Notes: generated by a model from the letters alone, not told the origin. Counted from the first letter of the stretch, positions 37,380 through 47,568 are shown. The stretch: DNA of 64,000 nt from an uncultured virus (IMG/VR IMGVR_UViG_3300042402_002237) (IMGVR_UViG_3300042402_002237); one strand, 5' to 3'. Translations and numbers: made by a program.

Positions 37380-38362
37380 GCTGCCCTCGCTAAAAATCCT
37401 GAGAATTGTGTATTTATGGTCGTTGAAACAGAAGGAGTTGTTCCAATTAAAAGACAATATATTTCTACATAATCTGTTGTTCCGTTCATATAAACCAAAC
37501 CATTTACAGTTCCAACGCCATCAATGGCAGTAACTGGAACATTTAAATTTCCAGGAATATCTCTAGCTCCGTTTTTATAAATTAATGCCCAAATATAAGA
37601 ACCTGAACTTGAAAAAACGGCATACACAGCACTACTTATAAAATAATAGCCAGCTACAGTTGGTGTAAATCTTGATGATGCAAAATTACTATTAGTATCA
37701 AAAATCTCTGTGGCAAAATCTACTTTGGTATATGTTCCACTTGTAACTGATTGGTTTGTAGAGGGTTCTGCACGAAACGCTGGACCATTACCAGCCACAT
37801 TGGTGCTTAACTTAGCCTGCGTTATCGAGCCATTTAACAAATACGCACTGGTCACTGCCCCGTTAGTTGCTGGGATCGCATTTAACACACTGCTTACATA
37901 GAACGACTCCACGACTACCAAGTCACCTGAACTAGCAGCAGAGGCTAATACGACTGTCGTGCCGTTAGTAGCGGTGTAGTCGGCTGTGCCTAGTAAAGCA
38001 CCATTACGGTAGACGTTGATATATCCGACTGTGTAAGACGGTGGGGTAAAGGTTGTCTGTCCTGCGGTTGCGGTGAACTCCGTGACGGTACGATAAGCCG
38101 TAGTGGTTACGCCAGACGCTGGGATGCCTAAAAAGCGTACTGAGATGTTGCCCGTGCCAGACGGGGGAGCGGCTGAGAAAGTTAAGGTTGTGCCTGATAC
38201 GCTATAGGTCGTTGGGTCTTGCAATACACCAGATACCGCCACAATAATCGAGGCAGTATTTGCTGGTGCGGCAGATAAAGTAAAAGCAGTCTGCGATCCC
38301 GTACCGCTGAATTGGTCGGTAAGGAAGGCTACTGTTGTCGGTTGATTACCTATATATGCCAC
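37376..38362 (-). CDS. tail fibre-like protein with C1q-like C-terminal domain
   Basis: PAF.A, FDTN.NF..RFTP.VAGYY, DYVE.Y motifs. Confidence 0.7.
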   Translation of the reverse strand: MAYIGNQPTTVAFLTDQFSGTGSQTAFTLSAAPANTASIIVAVSGVLQDPTTYSVSGTTLTFSAAPPSGTGNISVRFLGIPASGVTTTAYRTVTEFTATAGQTTFTPPSYTVGYINVYRNGALLGTADYTATNGTTVVLASAASSGDLVVVESFYVSSVLNAIPATNGAVTSAYLLNGSITQAKLSTNVAGNGPAFRAEPSTNQSVTSGTYTKVDFATEIFDTNSNFASSRFTPTVAGYYFISSAVYAVFSSSGSYIWALIYKNGARDIPGNLNVPVTAIDGVGTVNGLVYMNGTTDYVEIYCLLIGTTPSVSTTINTQFSGFLARAA

Positions 38363-38364
38363 GG

Positions 38365-38628
38365 TTAGGCTCCTTTGGGGTATTTATTTTTTACGGCTTG
38401 AATCTGTGCCTTCCAAGCATCTAAGCCTTCGTGGAAGATTGTGTCAAACTGGTCGGCATAGGAGGGGTACTCGGCTGCTCTTTGTGCTTTATAGGCATTA
38501 GCTGCAACATAGGCTTCTACGGCTGCTTTGTCGTATTGGACTTCATTGCCGTCTGCATCGTAGGCTATATCGCCACGAATGGTTACTACGGAGGGGTTTA
38601 GTTTATAGATAGCATCTGTGGTTCTCAT
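38365..38628 (-). CDS. tail-fibre-associated small protein
   Basis: Y...RA.EYP...DQ.D...VK.KYPK family. Confidence 0.65.
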   Translation of the reverse strand: MRTTDAIYKLNPSVVTIRGDIAYDADGNEVQYDKAAVEAYVAANAYKAQRAAEYPSYADQFDTIFHEGLDAWKAQIQAVKNKYPKGA

Positions 38629-39110
38629 GCCGCAATCTCCATAAGAGTAATTGTGCTTGTATCACTAGCATTATCTTGATTTATTTGAACTGTTCCACTA
38701 ACCCTTGCTCGAATTTGCAATTTATAAGTTGTTGAAGAAGTAGTTGCTGGCGAATCTAAATAAACAAATCCTGATTCTGATACAAAATCAAATGTTGTGG
38801 TTGAATACATAATATTAATTTGTGTTGTAATTTCACTAGCACCTCTTAAAACTCTTAACGAAATAGCTTGACCTGAAGTGCTTTGTTTATATAAACCAGC
38901 CGCAGTTATTAAAACTAATATTTTGCTAGATGAACTTGTCGGTGTAATAGACGCTGTAATGTTTGTGCAATCAACAAAAGAAGTGCTTGTTGTAGAAGTT
39001 AGTGTTGTGGTTGATGCACTTACCACTTGCAAAACAGAACCAGTTGGTAAATTAGACTTACCAGGAACCCCGCTTGCCAAGGATGCATTTTGTATGAAAC
39101 TCACTGGCAT
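38625..39110 (-). CDS. tail fibre-like protein
   Basis: G.VLQVV, ITP.S.SSKILV, LDSPATTS..TYK, ITLMEIA. Confidence 0.7.
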   Translation of the reverse strand: MPVSFIQNASLASGVPGKSNLPTGSVLQVVSASTTTLTSTTSTSFVDCTNITASITPTSSSSKILVLITAAGLYKQSTSGQAISLRVLRGASEITTQINIMYSTTTFDFVSESGFVYLDSPATTSSTTYKLQIRARVSGTVQINQDNASDTSTITLMEIAA

Positions 39111-39205
39111 TATGGTAGCTCCTTAATAAAGTCTTTTGCTGCTTGGGCGGTCATCAGAGTTCCCTCAGCGTCTTGAAGTTGGGCTTCGTCAGCAAGGATT
39201 TTCAT
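39110..39205 (-). pseudogene. orphan C-terminal half of a paralogue of 35998-36225
   Basis: MKILADEAQLQDAEGTLMTAQAAKDFIKELP versus ...ILADEAQLQDADGNTMTPEQAKTYVATLP; ~30 nt identical. Confidence 0.6.
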
Positions 39206-39381
39206 GGTTGAACCTCATCTGCTGGTAGTGGTGTATTACCTTCAGCTACCCACTTTAGGTAGGCTTGGTAATCTGGATTACTTTCTGATTTACCAATCCA
39301 AGCATTATCTGCCAAACGGATTATTTTGTTGGTGTCATTACCAAAAGGGTCTTTTGGTGGAAGTTTGTATTGGATTGTCAT
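39202..39381 (-). CDS. tail-fibre chaperone-like small protein (NPDYQAYLKWVAEGNTPLPAD)
   Basis: Read by hand, 59 aa. Confidence 0.7.
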   Translation of the reverse strand: MTIQYKLPPKDPFGNDTNKIIRLADNAWIGKSESNPDYQAYLKWVAEGNTPLPADEVQP

Positions 39382-40770
39382 TTATAACTCCGCAGAATAG
39401 TCTATCCATTGTCCGTTTTGCAAAGCCCACAATATGGCGGTTCCATACGGTGAATATGTGTTTGCCGACAGACCTTGATAAAATGTCATGCCATTCAAAT
39501 CAGTTGCAGAAAAAACTACAGAACCCGTCATAAGATTACCTAAGAAAGACTCTGCGTTTCCTGTGCCATACGCACTTAATAATGTGCTTCCACTTGCGGA
39601 AGAATTATTTGTGCCGTTAATAGTTCGTTTGGCTACTTTGAATTCTTGAAACAAGTAAAGATAAGTGTTATATGAATAACCTGTTTTATATGTCAAATTG
39701 GTATTACCTGTAAAACGCTCATAATACCTCTGACACAAAGCCAACTCAGCACCATACGAACCACCAGCCGTTGTGAAGGTCGTTGCCTGTGTGCCTACTT
39801 CGAGCTGTACGCCAGTAACGTACCAAGTGGCTCCGTTTGTTCCTACTACGGATGTTGCACCTGTGGCTGAAAAGTATTGAACAGATGCCCAAACCCCAGC
39901 AGTTCCGCTTGCGCTTGAACCAACGCCCAATCCAAAGAAAACTTGGATGCCAACGCTATTGTCTGTAAGCCAAGTGCCTGTTGTATCACCAGCAATCGTA
40001 ACGCTAATTTGTGTCCAAGTATTTGCAGAAGAAATAGTGTAAGTAAATGGATAACTTCTGTCATGTCCTGCATTTGCAATAGCACCACCAAATGTTCCTG
40101 TTAGGCTTGAGCGAACCCAAAAAGACAAAGTAACAGTTTTTGCGTTTGCACTTCCCCAACCTAAATCGGCAACATTATAGCCTTCAATTTTTTGAACAAG
40201 ACCCTGATAATCACCAGCACTAACAGAATAAGTAGATAAAGAAGTTACGCCAAAATAGTTGGTAAATCCTGCAGGTGGAGTTACAGAACCAGCATTTTGT
40301 TGAACTGAATATTTGCTTCCTGGTGAAGCAAGTGAACGCCATCTATCTAGTGTGTATTGATTTGTTGTTGGTGTAACACTTGATGTTCCGTTATATTGAG
40401 AAATAACCATTGCACCATTGATGATTCTGTTCTTGAACATCACACCCAAGTCTTGCTGGATGTTTGAATCAAGCGTGTTCCAGCTAACTGTGCCTTGGCT
40501 TGGCGTAATCGCCTGAGTCGTGGTGCTGAGATAACGCACGTAGACGTTATTAGTTCCAGCCGATGGTGCGGAGGTCATGGTCAGCGTTGTGCCACTAATT
40601 GTGTAGGCATCGTTAGGCTGCTGGACTACGTTGTTGACTGTGACTTGAATGTCATTGATAGAGGCTACAGTGCGGGATAAGGTAAACGCAGTCTGAGCGC
40701 CTGTGCCATTAAAGTAGTCAGTACCAGAGATAAAGCTCTGGGTTGTCGGTGTATTTCCTATGTAGGACAT
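39382..40770 (-). CDS. tail fibre / receptor-binding-like protein
   Basis: MSYIGN N-module plus KNRIING...CQRY domain; paralogue of 36226-37221. Confidence 0.7.
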   Translation of the reverse strand: MSYIGNTPTTQSFISGTDYFNGTGAQTAFTLSRTVASINDIQVTVNNVVQQPNDAYTISGTTLTMTSAPSAGTNNVYVRYLSTTTQAITPSQGTVSWNTLDSNIQQDLGVMFKNRIINGAMVISQYNGTSSVTPTTNQYTLDRWRSLASPGSKYSVQQNAGSVTPPAGFTNYFGVTSLSTYSVSAGDYQGLVQKIEGYNVADLGWGSANAKTVTLSFWVRSSLTGTFGGAIANAGHDRSYPFTYTISSANTWTQISVTIAGDTTGTWLTDNSVGIQVFFGLGVGSSASGTAGVWASVQYFSATGATSVVGTNGATWYVTGVQLEVGTQATTFTTAGGSYGAELALCQRYYERFTGNTNLTYKTGYSYNTYLYLFQEFKVAKRTINGTNNSSASGSTLLSAYGTGNAESFLGNLMTGSVVFSATDLNGMTFYQGLSANTYSPYGTAILWALQNGQWIDYSAEL

Positions 40771-40780
40771 TATTTACCTC

Positions 40781-41107
40781 TTAGGTAATGTTCAGGACAG
40801 ATGTTACGACGTCGGCAGATGCTGCGGCGGATGTTACCACCTTGAGCGCATCGCTGGTGATCATCACCGTCTTCTGGTCGCCACCGACCACCACCAAGGA
40901 AGAGCCTACGGGGACCGTGGCGTTTTTGATGAGGTAGTAGTCTACCGCAGAGCGTGTGATGTACGCGCTGACTGTGATGGGTGAGGTTGTCGTGTTAGCA
41001 AACGACAGGCCGATAATAGTGGTCTGTGTGCTTGCACCAACCGTTACCACGGTCGCTGGAGAAGTTCCAACGTCTTTGTTAACGTAACTTGTGAATGTAT
41101 TTGCCAT
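40781..41107 (-). CDS. small virion structural protein
   Basis: MANTF...IIGLS.AN...VVGGDQK family. Confidence 0.6.
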   Translation of the reverse strand: MANTFTSYVNKDVGTSPATVVTVGASTQTTIIGLSFANTTTSPITVSAYITRSAVDYYLIKNATVPVGSSLVVVGGDQKTVMITSDALKVVTSAAASADVVTSVLNIT

Positions 41108-41116
41108 TTGTTTTCC

Positions 41117-41683
41117 TTATCCTAAAGCGATTGCCATTGCCACAGCGGTTCCAACCTGATCTGCACCAACGGTACTGTAATCAATCGTTACTGCCGAACT
41201 TCCGTTAAATGTTGCCGGTGCCGTTGCACCACCAGTTAATGCAATTGTTAATGCGTTAATTGTTGTCGCCGATGCAGTTCCCCACGCAAGGTTGGTACCG
41301 CTCATTAATAAAACTTGACCGTTTGTTCCCCTTGCTAATTTACCAAGGGATGTTGTGCCAGTAGCGTATAGTAAATCACCGGCTGTATAGGAAGACTGCC
41401 CTGTACCGCCGTTAGCTGCGGCAAGTGTGCCAGCAACCGTAACCGCGCCAGTTGTTGCCGTTGAGGGGGTTAATCCAGTCGTTCCAAACGAGATAGATGT
41501 AACGGGGGACGACGCGCTGCTCTGCGCCAGTAATGTAACAACGCCCGAACTGTTTTCAAAATACAACTTGCCGTCGTTAATGTTTATCGCCAACTCACCA
41601 GGAACCAAATTGCCAGCAATCGGCACAGCACTTGCCGTGGTGCTGTAGTATAAACTAATCGGTGTAAAACCTGACTGTGCCAT
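41117..41683 (-). CDS. fibre-like virion protein
   Basis: GELAIN..DGKLY N-module, GGTG repeats, AMAIALG C-terminus. Confidence 0.65.
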   Translation of the reverse strand: MAQSGFTPISLYYSTTASAVPIAGNLVPGELAININDGKLYFENSSGVVTLLAQSSASSPVTSISFGTTGLTPSTATTGAVTVAGTLAAANGGTGQSSYTAGDLLYATGTTSLGKLARGTNGQVLLMSGTNLAWGTASATTINALTIALTGGATAPATFNGSSAVTIDYSTVGADQVGTAVAMAIALG

Positions 41684-41685
41684 AT

Positions 41686-42729
41686 TTATTCCTTATAATA
41701 CTCGAGGTTTTTTATTAATCTCTCGTTATTGGGTTCAAATTCCAAGGCGTTTGCGCCGTGTTGTATTGCTTCTTGTTTAAATCCTAACCTGTACGCTGCA
41801 ATCGCCGCCAAGTCGTGCGGCCTTGCCTTCCAGTTGTTTGCATCGATCGTGTACGTAAAGGTACACTCTGTCAGCTTGAGTGCGTTACATGCCGCGCCGT
41901 AACACTCCTCCCATAATCCTTTTCTGTAGCACGCCTGTGCTAACTCACACCACGTCTCACGCACGCCCGCGTCTTCTGATACTGCCCTGCGGTACCAACC
42001 GATTCCGTCGTGTCCAAGGTTGTCGTAGCAGTTACCGATTAACCTCATGGCGTATGCACGCTCGTTGTTCCACGTCGCCTCTGGCATTGCTAAATACTTT
42101 TGCAGTGCCACGATCGCATCGTTCCACTTCTGGTAGTACGTTAGCTCCCTAGCATAATAAAACGCATTGCGTGGGCAGCTTGGGTCTTCTTTAACAGACA
42201 TCTCAAGCAGGTCTAAGTACTGGCCCCTTGACTTTGTCTCGTCTGGGTGGTGCGTGATTAATAACATCTCGCTGTACGCCCAGATCTCTTTTGTCCTGTG
42301 GTCTGGCCTAATGTACTCATGGCACGGGTGGTGCCAGTGGTACCCCTTACGGCTGTGTAGCTTGGTGCTGTAAAACACTTTGCCGTGACCCCAGTCAAAC
42401 TTGTAACTCATGCGTGTGGTGTCTGACTTCCACACACGCTCTATCTCATCTCGCCATCCTGGCTCTAAGCGCTCGTCTAAATCTAGCGATATGCAGACAT
42501 CGATGTCTGCGGGAAGTAGTGCCAAAGCGGCGTTCCTAGCATGATCGAAGCGCCAAGGAGAAATGCAAATGCTATGAACAACAGCCCCATACTTTCTTGC
42601 CTCCTCGACCGTTTCGTCGGTTGATCCTGTGTCGGCGATCATAATATAATCTGCTAGTTTACTCGACTCGCAGAATGTTTTTACAAACTGCTCCTCGTTT
42701 TTGCTAATCGCATATACGGCGATTTTCAT
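41686..42729 (-). CDS. GT2-family glycosyltransferase with TPR-like C-terminus
   Basis: KNEE, DTGSTD.T, FD.ARN.AL, LDLDE, HE, YYARE. Confidence 0.88.
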   Translation of the reverse strand: MKIAVYAISKNEEQFVKTFCESSKLADYIMIADTGSTDETVEEARKYGAVVHSICISPWRFDHARNAALALLPADIDVCISLDLDERLEPGWRDEIERVWKSDTTRMSYKFDWGHGKVFYSTKLHSRKGYHWHHPCHEYIRPDHRTKEIWAYSEMLLITHHPDETKSRGQYLDLLEMSVKEDPSCPRNAFYYARELTYYQKWNDAIVALQKYLAMPEATWNNERAYAMRLIGNCYDNLGHDGIGWYRRAVSEDAGVRETWCELAQACYRKGLWEECYGAACNALKLTECTFTYTIDANNWKARPHDLAAIAAYRLGFKQEAIQHGANALEFEPNNERLIKNLEYYKE

Positions 42730-42742
42730 GTACTACTCCTAG

Positions 42743-44188
42743 TTAAAATGTGCCGCCACTCACCCCTACGTATGCCGTTGCGGTTATTGTACCAGCACTA
42801 AAGTCACCGTTGGTATCGCGCTGTACCAGCGCGCTTGCGGTGTTAGCACTTGCTGCCACTAATGACGCACCCCACGCCGTGCCAGTTGACACTGCCACAC
42901 CTGCGGCGGGGTAAGTCGTTGGACCTGTCGGTCCAGTATCTCCAGTTGGTCCCTGAGGTCCTGTCCAACCAGTTGGGCCAGTAGGCCCTTGTATTCCCTG
43001 CGGACCTGTCGGACCTTGCGGACCTGTATCGCCAGTCGGTCCCTGTATTCCAGTTGGTCCAGTCGGACCTTGGATACCTTGCGGGCCGGTAGGTCCAATT
43101 GGTCCTTGCGGTCCAGTGTCACCCGTCGGGCCTTGTGGTCCTGTGGGACCTTGTGCACCGCTAACAATTGCCAAGAACAGTGGCAAGTTGTTTGCAAAGT
43201 TAGTGGCCCCAGTACCGCCCGATGCGGTGATTGTTACGGGAACTGTCCAGTAACTGTTTATTGTGTTTGGATTAACGTTTGTTGGCGTGCCGTTAATCGT
43301 CCAAGTCTGAAAGTTTCCACTTACGCTTTGATCTTGGATTGTGATGACCTCGGTATTTACTAGCGTCGCTAGGAAAATATCGATGTCGATATTATTATCT
43401 GTTAGGTGGTGGATATTAATCTGCGACGAACTTGTCTGAGCAGAGTTGTTCCACACAATAAATCCTGCGGTTGGGTCACCACTTGTTATCGTGGTGTTCG
43501 CCATGTATAAAAACAGACTAGACGACGAACCCTGTGGTCCTGTCGGTCCGGTGGCGCCTTGGATGCCTTGCGGTCCAGTCGGTCCAATATCTCCGGTTGG
43601 GCCAGTTGGCCCTTGTATTCCCTGCGGGCCTGTGTCACCAGTTGGCCCCTGTATGCCCTGAGGTCCAGTCCAGCCAGTTGGGCCGGTCGGTCCCTGTATA
43701 CCCTGAGGTCCAGTTGGGCCTAGTGGTCCGGTGTCTCCAGTCGGGCCAGTTGGGCCGGTGTCTCCGGTTGGGCCTAGTGGTCCAATTGGACCGGTGGGGC
43801 CTTCAATGCCTTGCGAACCTTGGGGTCCGGTCCAGCCGGTGGGGCCGGTCGGTCCAGTGTCGCCAGTCGGCCCGGTCGGCCCAGTGTCTCCAGTTGGCCC
43901 AGTTGGGCCTAGTGAACCAGTTGGCCCTTGTGGGCCGGTTGGGCCTTGTGGTCCGGTAGAACCTGTCGGTCCAGGCACCGTGGACGTTGGCCCAGTTGCA
44001 CCAGTTGACCCGGTTGGGCCGGTGGGTCCCGCAGGTCCTTGTGGTCCAGTCGGTCCAGTAGGGCCGCCAAGATTAGAAACATCTTGGAGCTGTGTTTGTT
44101 TTGTTACGCCATTTTGGACAACAACCGTAATCTCGTTACCGGTCAGTGCTGTCGCTACTGGCAGTTTAGTTATCGGTTGATTAGCCAT
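42743..44188 (-). CDS. collagen-like (Gly-Pro-Thr) fibre protein
   Basis: Two long G-X-Y tracts dominated by GPT/GPQ/GDT. Confidence 0.9.
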   Translation of the reverse strand: MANQPITKLPVATALTGNEITVVVQNGVTKQTQLQDVSNLGGPTGPTGPQGPAGPTGPTGSTGATGPTSTVPGPTGSTGPQGPTGPQGPTGSLGPTGPTGDTGPTGPTGDTGPTGPTGWTGPQGSQGIEGPTGPIGPLGPTGDTGPTGPTGDTGPLGPTGPQGIQGPTGPTGWTGPQGIQGPTGDTGPQGIQGPTGPTGDIGPTGPQGIQGATGPTGPQGSSSSLFLYMANTTITSGDPTAGFIVWNNSAQTSSSQINIHHLTDNNIDIDIFLATLVNTEVITIQDQSVSGNFQTWTINGTPTNVNPNTINSYWTVPVTITASGGTGATNFANNLPLFLAIVSGAQGPTGPQGPTGDTGPQGPIGPTGPQGIQGPTGPTGIQGPTGDTGPQGPTGPQGIQGPTGPTGWTGPQGPTGDTGPTGPTTYPAAGVAVSTGTAWGASLVAASANTASALVQRDTNGDFSAGTITATAYVGVSGGTF

Positions 44189-44193
44189 TTATT

Positions 44194-44805
44194 TTAAGTA
44201 TATGTAAATAGGTTTAAAGCAATCGCCGAATCAACATTTGTCGTAACAATAACGTCTACACTGCTTGACACACCATACGCTGGTATTGTAACACTAATAT
44301 TATTGGGATCAATTACTGTAAAACTGGCAGGTACCCCGCCAATTAATACATTAGAGACATGTCTGAAATTATCGCCGCCAATTATTGCAGTATACCCGCC
44401 GGCCCTTGATCCACTGTTTGGTGTAATTTCACCAATCGACGCGCGCACGGGGGGCGATGTATTGCTTATGGTATTTAAATTACCCTGAGCTGCTGCGGCA
44501 GGCAGAATGCCTTCCAACGTTAAATTATTATATTGCTGCGGATCGTTGGCGTTACCCTGTGTGTTTAATAGATTTGGTCCGGTTGCAATGGATACATCAG
44601 GACGAGGGAAACGCAACGCAATGTTTTCTGTTTGACGCGCTGGTAATCTCCAGGGGTCGTAGTTATCTAAATCATCTTTACATACCCGCATCCCCGGAAA
44701 GTTTGGGTCGGGCATTAAATCTGTGTACGCAAACTTCCTGCTGCAGCGATCACATATTGCTACAGATAGTACACTGTTACCTCGGGTATCAAGGTACACT
44801 GGCAT
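44194..44805 (-). CDS. virion protein with CxxC motif and IPT/TIG-like domain
   Basis: ICDRC...VC..D N-terminus; ITP.SG..AGG...I.G.NF C-terminus. Confidence 0.6.
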   Translation of the reverse strand: MPVYLDTRGNSVLSVAICDRCSRKFAYTDLMPDPNFPGMRVCKDDLDNYDPWRLPARQTENIALRFPRPDVSIATGPNLLNTQGNANDPQQYNNLTLEGILPAAAAQGNLNTISNTSPPVRASIGEITPNSGSRAGGYTAIIGGDNFRHVSNVLIGGVPASFTVIDPNNISVTIPAYGVSSSVDVIVTTNVDSAIALNLFTYT

Positions 44806-44806
44806 T

Positions 44807-45406
44807 TTAACTTATTTGGTTAACCGTTGCAATCACAGATGGAATTGCAGGATACGCAGGTGTTACGCTTGCTGGTAGTGCTTGAAGGGTTACCGTAGCA
44901 ACCGCTGGCAACCACATAATTTCAACGTACTGACCCGCTGTCATACTAAGAAAAATATTCCAAGAGGCTACACCATAGCCATAAATATTTGACGTTTTAC
45001 GGGCCGGAATTGTTACGTTAGTTGCAGATTTTGGTACGTCTACGCCGTTAATACGGAACCAAATGGTAACTATCTCTTGAGTATTTTCTATGTTTTCAAA
45101 TTGCGCGCTAAACTGAACGTTATAATCTCCAGTTACGGGCGCAGTTAATCGACTACTACTTGCTAGTGTAACCCCGCCAGTGATATCCGTGGATGTAAAT
45201 GTCATCGCGGTTCCGGCGGTGATGCTGCCAGTTTGGTCTGCGTCACTACTAAACGCGCCGTGGTTAAAATAACTATCACGGACAAAGTCGTTGTATGCAG
45301 AAATTGTTGATTTTACATTAACGCCAGATTGTACTAACGGAACTAACTCCGCACCAGTTAAAGGCGTTGTTGCGTTCGGCATTGCCGATATTTTTGTGTC
45401 AGCCAT
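44807..45406 (-). CDS. virion structural protein
   Basis: KIS.M...LTG.E.VP.VQ N-module, YNVQFSAQ, IW.R.NG.DV. Confidence 0.6.
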   Translation of the reverse strand: MADTKISAMPNATTPLTGAELVPLVQSGVNVKSTISAYNDFVRDSYFNHGAFSSDADQTGSITAGTAMTFTSTDITGGVTLASSSRLTAPVTGDYNVQFSAQFENIENTQEIVTIWFRINGVDVPKSATNVTIPARKTSNIYGYGVASWNIFLSMTAGQYVEIMWLPAVATVTLQALPASVTPAYPAIPSVIATVNQIS

Positions 45407-45407
45407 G

Positions 45408-45647
45408 TTAGCCTACCTCTAATTGAATTTTGAAGTCATTTTGCTCGAGCACGTAGCCCGAGTTTTCCATTAATATAAAACTGTTAACAACTGGTGTTCC
45501 GTTGCTGTAAAGATCCACAACACCACCATTACCTACGTTATCACCAAATGTTGTCTCTGCCGGGTCATTACGAGCGCCAACACCAAGAGCGAACCCGTCG
45601 CTAGTGTTTGCTTGATTTGCTACCCCGCTAAAACCAACGTATGGCAT
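45408..45647 (-). CDS. hypothetical structural protein
   Basis: ORF in operon. Confidence 0.55.
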   Translation of the reverse strand: MPYVGFSGVANQANTSDGFALGVGARNDPAETTFGDNVGNGGVVDLYSNGTPVVNSFILMENSGYVLEQNDFKIQLEVG

Positions 45648-45648
45648 A

Positions 45649-45960
45649 TTAAGCGATACCGGCTTGGATTACTGTAAGTGTAGCCGTGCCTGCGCCAGAT
45701 GTAACCGCAACTTTAATTGCAGCCACAGGAAACGCATAGTTGCCGTCGGCGTCGGTTGATATAATGCCATCAACTGTTGGGTGATCAAACCAAGTCGGAC
45801 TTGCTGTGGTCCAAGGGTTGTCAAATGAATGTTGTACTGTATAAGTTACCGTGCCGGTTGCAACAACACCAAAGCCAACGTTAAATGGAGTTGAATCCAA
45901 ATTCATTGGGATGGTGGCGCTGGAACCAACTCCAGTTTGTGATACGACTTGCTGTCTCAT
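45649..45960 (-). CDS. hypothetical structural protein
   Basis: AGGAG RBS; YTVQH.FD motif. Confidence 0.65.
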   Translation of the reverse strand: MRQQVVSQTGVGSSATIPMNLDSTPFNVGFGVVATGTVTYTVQHSFDNPWTTASPTWFDHPTVDGIISTDADGNYAFPVAAIKVAVTSGAGTATLTVIQAGIA

Positions 45961-46006
45961 AATTTCTCCTAAACGGTGAAAGAGGCGGGTTGCCCCGCCA
46001 TCTTAA

Positions 46007-46468
46007 TTAGTTATTAGTATAACCAGAACCGTATGGAGTAATTGTGCCGTCAGAATTGCGACCGGTGTACTGAATAGACAACGTGCCAGCAGAAGCTGCC
46101 TCGGAGGCCAAAGTCACGGTGCAGCCATACGCGCCGACGTTTGCTAACAAGTTAGCTACGGCAGCAGATGCTGTGAAGGCAACAGATACTTTACCGAGTG
46201 CGGTCGTTGTTAACGTACCAACGGAAGTGGTTACGCCATTAACGGTCAAGCTAACAGCACGTGAGGCCGCGCCTACCACGTTTAAATAGCCGTCGATTGA
46301 GTGAATGATGGATCCAGCGGGGATTACTGCGGTTGCTGCGGCAGCGGCCACAATTGCTACTTGTTTAGAAATTTGTGATGCGCCAGTTGTGTCGGCAGAA
46401 ATGGTGCCGTCGTTGCTGGTGGTTTGACGCGTATTTAAACGCATTGGTACTGTAAATGTGCTAGACAT
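46007..46468 (-). CDS. putative capsid decoration/fibre protein
   Basis: Ala/Thr-rich, IPAGS.I motif; follows the capsid gene. Confidence 0.55.
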   Translation of the reverse strand: MSSTFTVPMRLNTRQTTSNDGTISADTTGASQISKQVAIVAAAAATAVIPAGSIIHSIDGYLNVVGAASRAVSLTVNGVTTSVGTLTTTALGKVSVAFTASAAVANLLANVGAYGCTVTLASEAASAGTLSIQYTGRNSDGTITPYGSGYTNN

Positions 46469-46564
46469 TATGTGTTTCCTTATCTCAGTGGGTATCCCAA
46501 GCTGTCTCTGAGTCGTCTCACCGGGAAGTATCGGCGGTCAGAATGGGATTAATCTTCCTATAAC

Positions 46565-46595
46565 TACTAATGCAAATTAAACAGAAAAGTCGCCC
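46565..46595 (-). promoter_or_regulatory. phage promoter GGGCG-N16-TGCATTAGTA
   Basis: Exact bipartite match. Confidence 0.75.
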
Positions 46596-46603
46596 CAAAT
46601 AGT

Positions 46604-46632
46604 AAAAAAGCCACCCTTGTGGGGTGGCTTTT
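46604..46632 (-). terminator. rho-independent terminator after the capsid gene
   Basis: AAAAGCCACCC...GGGTGGCTTTT with flanking A/T runs. Confidence 0.7.
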
Positions 46633-46650
46633 AGGACTGCAGGGTGCTAA

Positions 46651-47568
46651 TTAAACGCCAGCGGTGCCGTAAATGTTACGGGCATCGTGCCAGCCGGTCG
46701 CATAACGCTCGGTGGCCTTGTAGCGCATAGAATCAGTCTCGAAGTCACCTTCCATGGATTTCTCCATTGGACGACGCATTACGAGCATGAGACCATTCTC
46801 AGCATCGGTCTGTACCCACCATGCCTTGCTGGAGCTCAAACGGGTTACAACGTGTGTACCCTTTGGAAGCATACCAGTGGACTTGATTGGGTTGAGATCG
46901 TTGTCGGCTGTACCAGAACGGAGAACAGACTTGAGGATTACCTCTGCCTGGAACTCGAGTGCTGGGGGAACAACTAACTGCTCAGCTTTCAGACGAATAC
47001 GCTTACCGTTGTTGTCGATTGCAGAACGGATCTGGATGAGGATTTGCTCAACAGAAGTCTGCGACAAGCTAGCGGCAGTCGATAACTGATTGCTGTAGGT
47101 TAAGCCATTAGCAACAGGGTGGGCTGTGTTTACTAAAGTTACGCCGTCACCGCCAACATAGCCGGCTGTGAATGCAAAGTTTAGTAAGTTAGCGCACAAT
47201 GTCTCTTTGGTCTCAATCATAGACTGCGCCAAGTGCTTGGCGAAAGTGCTGCCGATACGGATGTGATCACCGTCTTCCATCAACACTTTGGTCAAGGCAT
47301 ATGCCAAGCCATAGATTTGATAGATGAAACGTGTGATGTACAGAGTACCACCCTGGTCATAGCTGACAGGAGTTCCGTCAGGCATCGCAGGAGCGGCATT
47401 CATACCGAACAGCATTACTTCTTCGTGATAATTACGTGGAATACCTTGGATCTGCTCTACAAATCCTTTCCACTCGTCAGCGCGTTGTTCATAAACGCCA
47501 TCAAAGACTTCGTTGATAATCGGCTCGACTACCGCACGAAAGTCTGTACTACGCATTGGGGTTGCCAT
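46651..47568 (-). CDS. major capsid protein
   Basis: 305 aa; EE...G...A, LA.SM..TKE, HP, L.VPP.L, RYKA.ERY..GW.D.R motifs; position after scaffold. Confidence 0.85.
   Translation of the reverse strand: MATPMRSTDFRAVVEPIINEVFDGVYEQRADEWKGFVEQIQGIPRNYHEEVMLFGMNAAPAMPDGTPVSYDQGGTLYITRFIYQIYGLAYALTKVLMEDGDHIRIGSTFAKHLAQSMIETKETLCANLLNFAFTAGYVGGDGVTLVNTAHPVANGLTYSNQLSTAASLSQTSVEQILIQIRSAIDNNGKRIRLKAEQLVVPPALEFQAEVILKSVLRSGTADNDLNPIKSTGMLPKGTHVVTRLSSSKAWWVQTDAENGLMLVMRRPMEKSMEGDFETDSMRYKATERYATGWHDARNIYGTAGV

Noticed and set aside
35457..40770. Diversity-generating retroelement or invertible tail-fibre system
   Set aside because: No reverse transcriptase or invertase in the window; paralogue differences are not adenine-specific and all cassettes are on one strand.
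42859..44180. Alternative-frame and antisense ORFs over the collagen gene
   Set aside because: By-products of G-X-Y codon periodicity.
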